Under the pieces are notes generated by a model. The model made no database searches. It was not told the DNA's origin and saw nothing but the letters and a program-made list of their open reading frames with translations. A stretch of DNA of 63,636 nt, counting the filler, from Globobulimina sp. (Eukaryota): the NCBI GenBank assembly GCA_003354225.1. It is 28 parts of 28 records of this genome, joined end to end, with 100 filler letters (N's around TTAATTAATTAA, not from the genome) between each part and the next. Parts side by side here need not be neighbours in the genome. Positions count along the whole stretch, not along the records: positions 61,463 to 63,636 come from PIVH01008425.1; 27 more parts are not named here. One strand, 5' to 3'. This document shows positions 61,891-63,636 of this stretch, one piece after another. The first letter of the stretch is position 1, and each line of letters opens with the position of its first letter. The position numbers and the translations under genes are program-made.

Positions 61891-63636
61891 ATGTATCAAA
61901 ATAATGCATATAATTCAATGAACAATCAACAACCACGACAGAACACAGGATATAATAATGGAATGAATACAAATCAGAACAAATATAACCAACAACAACA
62001 ACAACAAAATAAATACCATCATTATGCTCAATCGTATGCACAAAACCCAAATAATTATGCACAATCAAGCTATCAATTACCACGTAACAATAATATTAAT
62101 AATCACGTACAACCGAATATTAATAATCATCACAAATCCGTCCCAGTACAAGCAAATAATGCGGCATATTTTGCCCAACAATCATACAGCACAAATAATT
62201 TAATGCAGCATCAAGCACTTAAAAATAACCAATCCGGGCCACAATCATATCAACCAAATTTAAAGAATATGCATTCAGTACCAATGCAACAACAAAACAT
62301 GGCCGCCATGAACAGTTTAAATAGGAATAATTCAGGCGGCGGCGACCCCCCTCCACCGCCACCACCCTCCAGTCCACCAAATAAAAATAACAAGCTCAAC
62401 AAACGAAAGCATGGCAAAAAACATGGCTTATCAAAAAAGGTATGTCCACACTGCACATACCTATCCTCGCATATATTTGTACGCAAATTCGCACTGAAAA
62501 CACATAGAAATCACCCAATCCATATCACAAAGCACTACCCAACAAAGCACTACCACAACCAAATGGATCTATGAATGTTAACGGGGCTATGAATGTGAAT
62601 GGGGCCATGAATGGCTCTATGAACGGATCTATGAATGCAAGCACCATGTCTCCAAACAATAAGAACAACGGTGCGTATGGCTATAATGCCCCCATTAATG
62701 GCTACAACAATGGATATAATAACGGATATAACAATGCATTGCCTAATCCTGTGGCCGCCTTTCATGCGCAAGCTATGCAGCAAGGTTCGGGTTATGGATC
62801 CTCTTTTGGTATGCAACCACAACAACAGATGGGATCCAACAGGAATTTAGTCACTAACAATGTATATAATAAACAATTAGTAAACAACCCATGTATGCCT
62901 ACATTTTTGTATATTTCTTTTACTTTCGCACAGCGCAAATTCGCAACGTAAGCTCATCTGAACAATATTTGTGTAAATATATAGCCGGCGACTACGGACT
63001 ACAACAACCATCGCCAAATTTTATCCATCAGTATGGCCCAAATGGCTTTATCCAGCATCAGTTGTTCACCAACACAAATTATAACACCTTCCCCTATGAC
63101 AATGACAATGATACGTATTACGCCCAACAGCCACAAGAAGGCGGCGGCGATTTAGTGCCTCCACCGCCAATGGAAAAGGACGAAAATGGCGAAATGGTGC
63201 CCAGAGCAAAGAAAAAAGCCAAAAAGAAAAAGAAAAGGAAAAAATCAAAGCGAGACAAAGACGGCAAAAAAAGGAAGAAATCAAAGCGAGACAAAGACGG
63301 CAAACGCAGACATAAACACAGACACAAAGACGGCAAAAAGAAGCGATCGAGTTCACGCAGTCGGGATTCCAGAGACAAACGGAAGTCGAAATCATCCACA
63401 TCTCCTAAAAACAAAAAGAATGGAACCGAAAGCGATTCCCCGCCACCTCCGCCCCCGCCCTCAAATACGTTGCTCCTGCCGGTCGGTGGGCAGAGCAATG
63501 AAAGCATAGAAAGCGAAGATGCGTCCAGTCCCAGTGACGATTGGTCCGCCGACAGCGAGGATATTAAAGAAAATGTCCCAGATCCTGGCTACAAGGACGC
63601 AAGCGACGTGTTTAAAAATCAGGTGGAAGCTGCTGG
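61891..63636 (+). CDS. N/Q-rich, Pro-rich low-complexity protein with probable introns near 62440-62506 and 62893-62983; 3' truncated
   Basis: Consecutive low-complexity ORFs linked by GTATG...AG candidate introns; basic RD/K tract near the end. Confidence 0.6.

Overview
This window is not one locus. It is 28 short contigs (about 2.17-2.18 kb each, sorted by decreasing length) joined by an artificial 100-nt linker (N44-TTAATTAATTAA-N44), so gene neighbourhood is meaningful only within a contig. The DNA is AT-rich and eukaryotic, with short GT-AG introns. Recognisable genes include histone H3, RRP1, STRIP/Far11, TEN1, ARV1, trehalose-6-phosphate synthase, GST and LIM, PH, FYVE, CAP-Gly, RCC1 and C2H2 proteins. 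The repertoire fits a protist such as a foraminiferan (inference only). The standout is contig 25054-27230. Four apparently broken ORFs plus two unlisted exons splice through five short GT-AG introns (46-58 nt) into one intact 444-aa Polinton/Maverick(adintovirus)-type double-jelly-roll major capsid protein, i.e. an intron-rich viral capsid gene. Other notable items are a 2,056-bp circular or tandem unit that is almost entirely coding, a 7TM-DUF202/VTC fusion, a PITH-SAPS fusion, an N-myristoylated globin, a Cys-less pseudo-deubiquitinase and an array of related GC hairpins. All family calls come from motif recognition by eye; no database searches were run.
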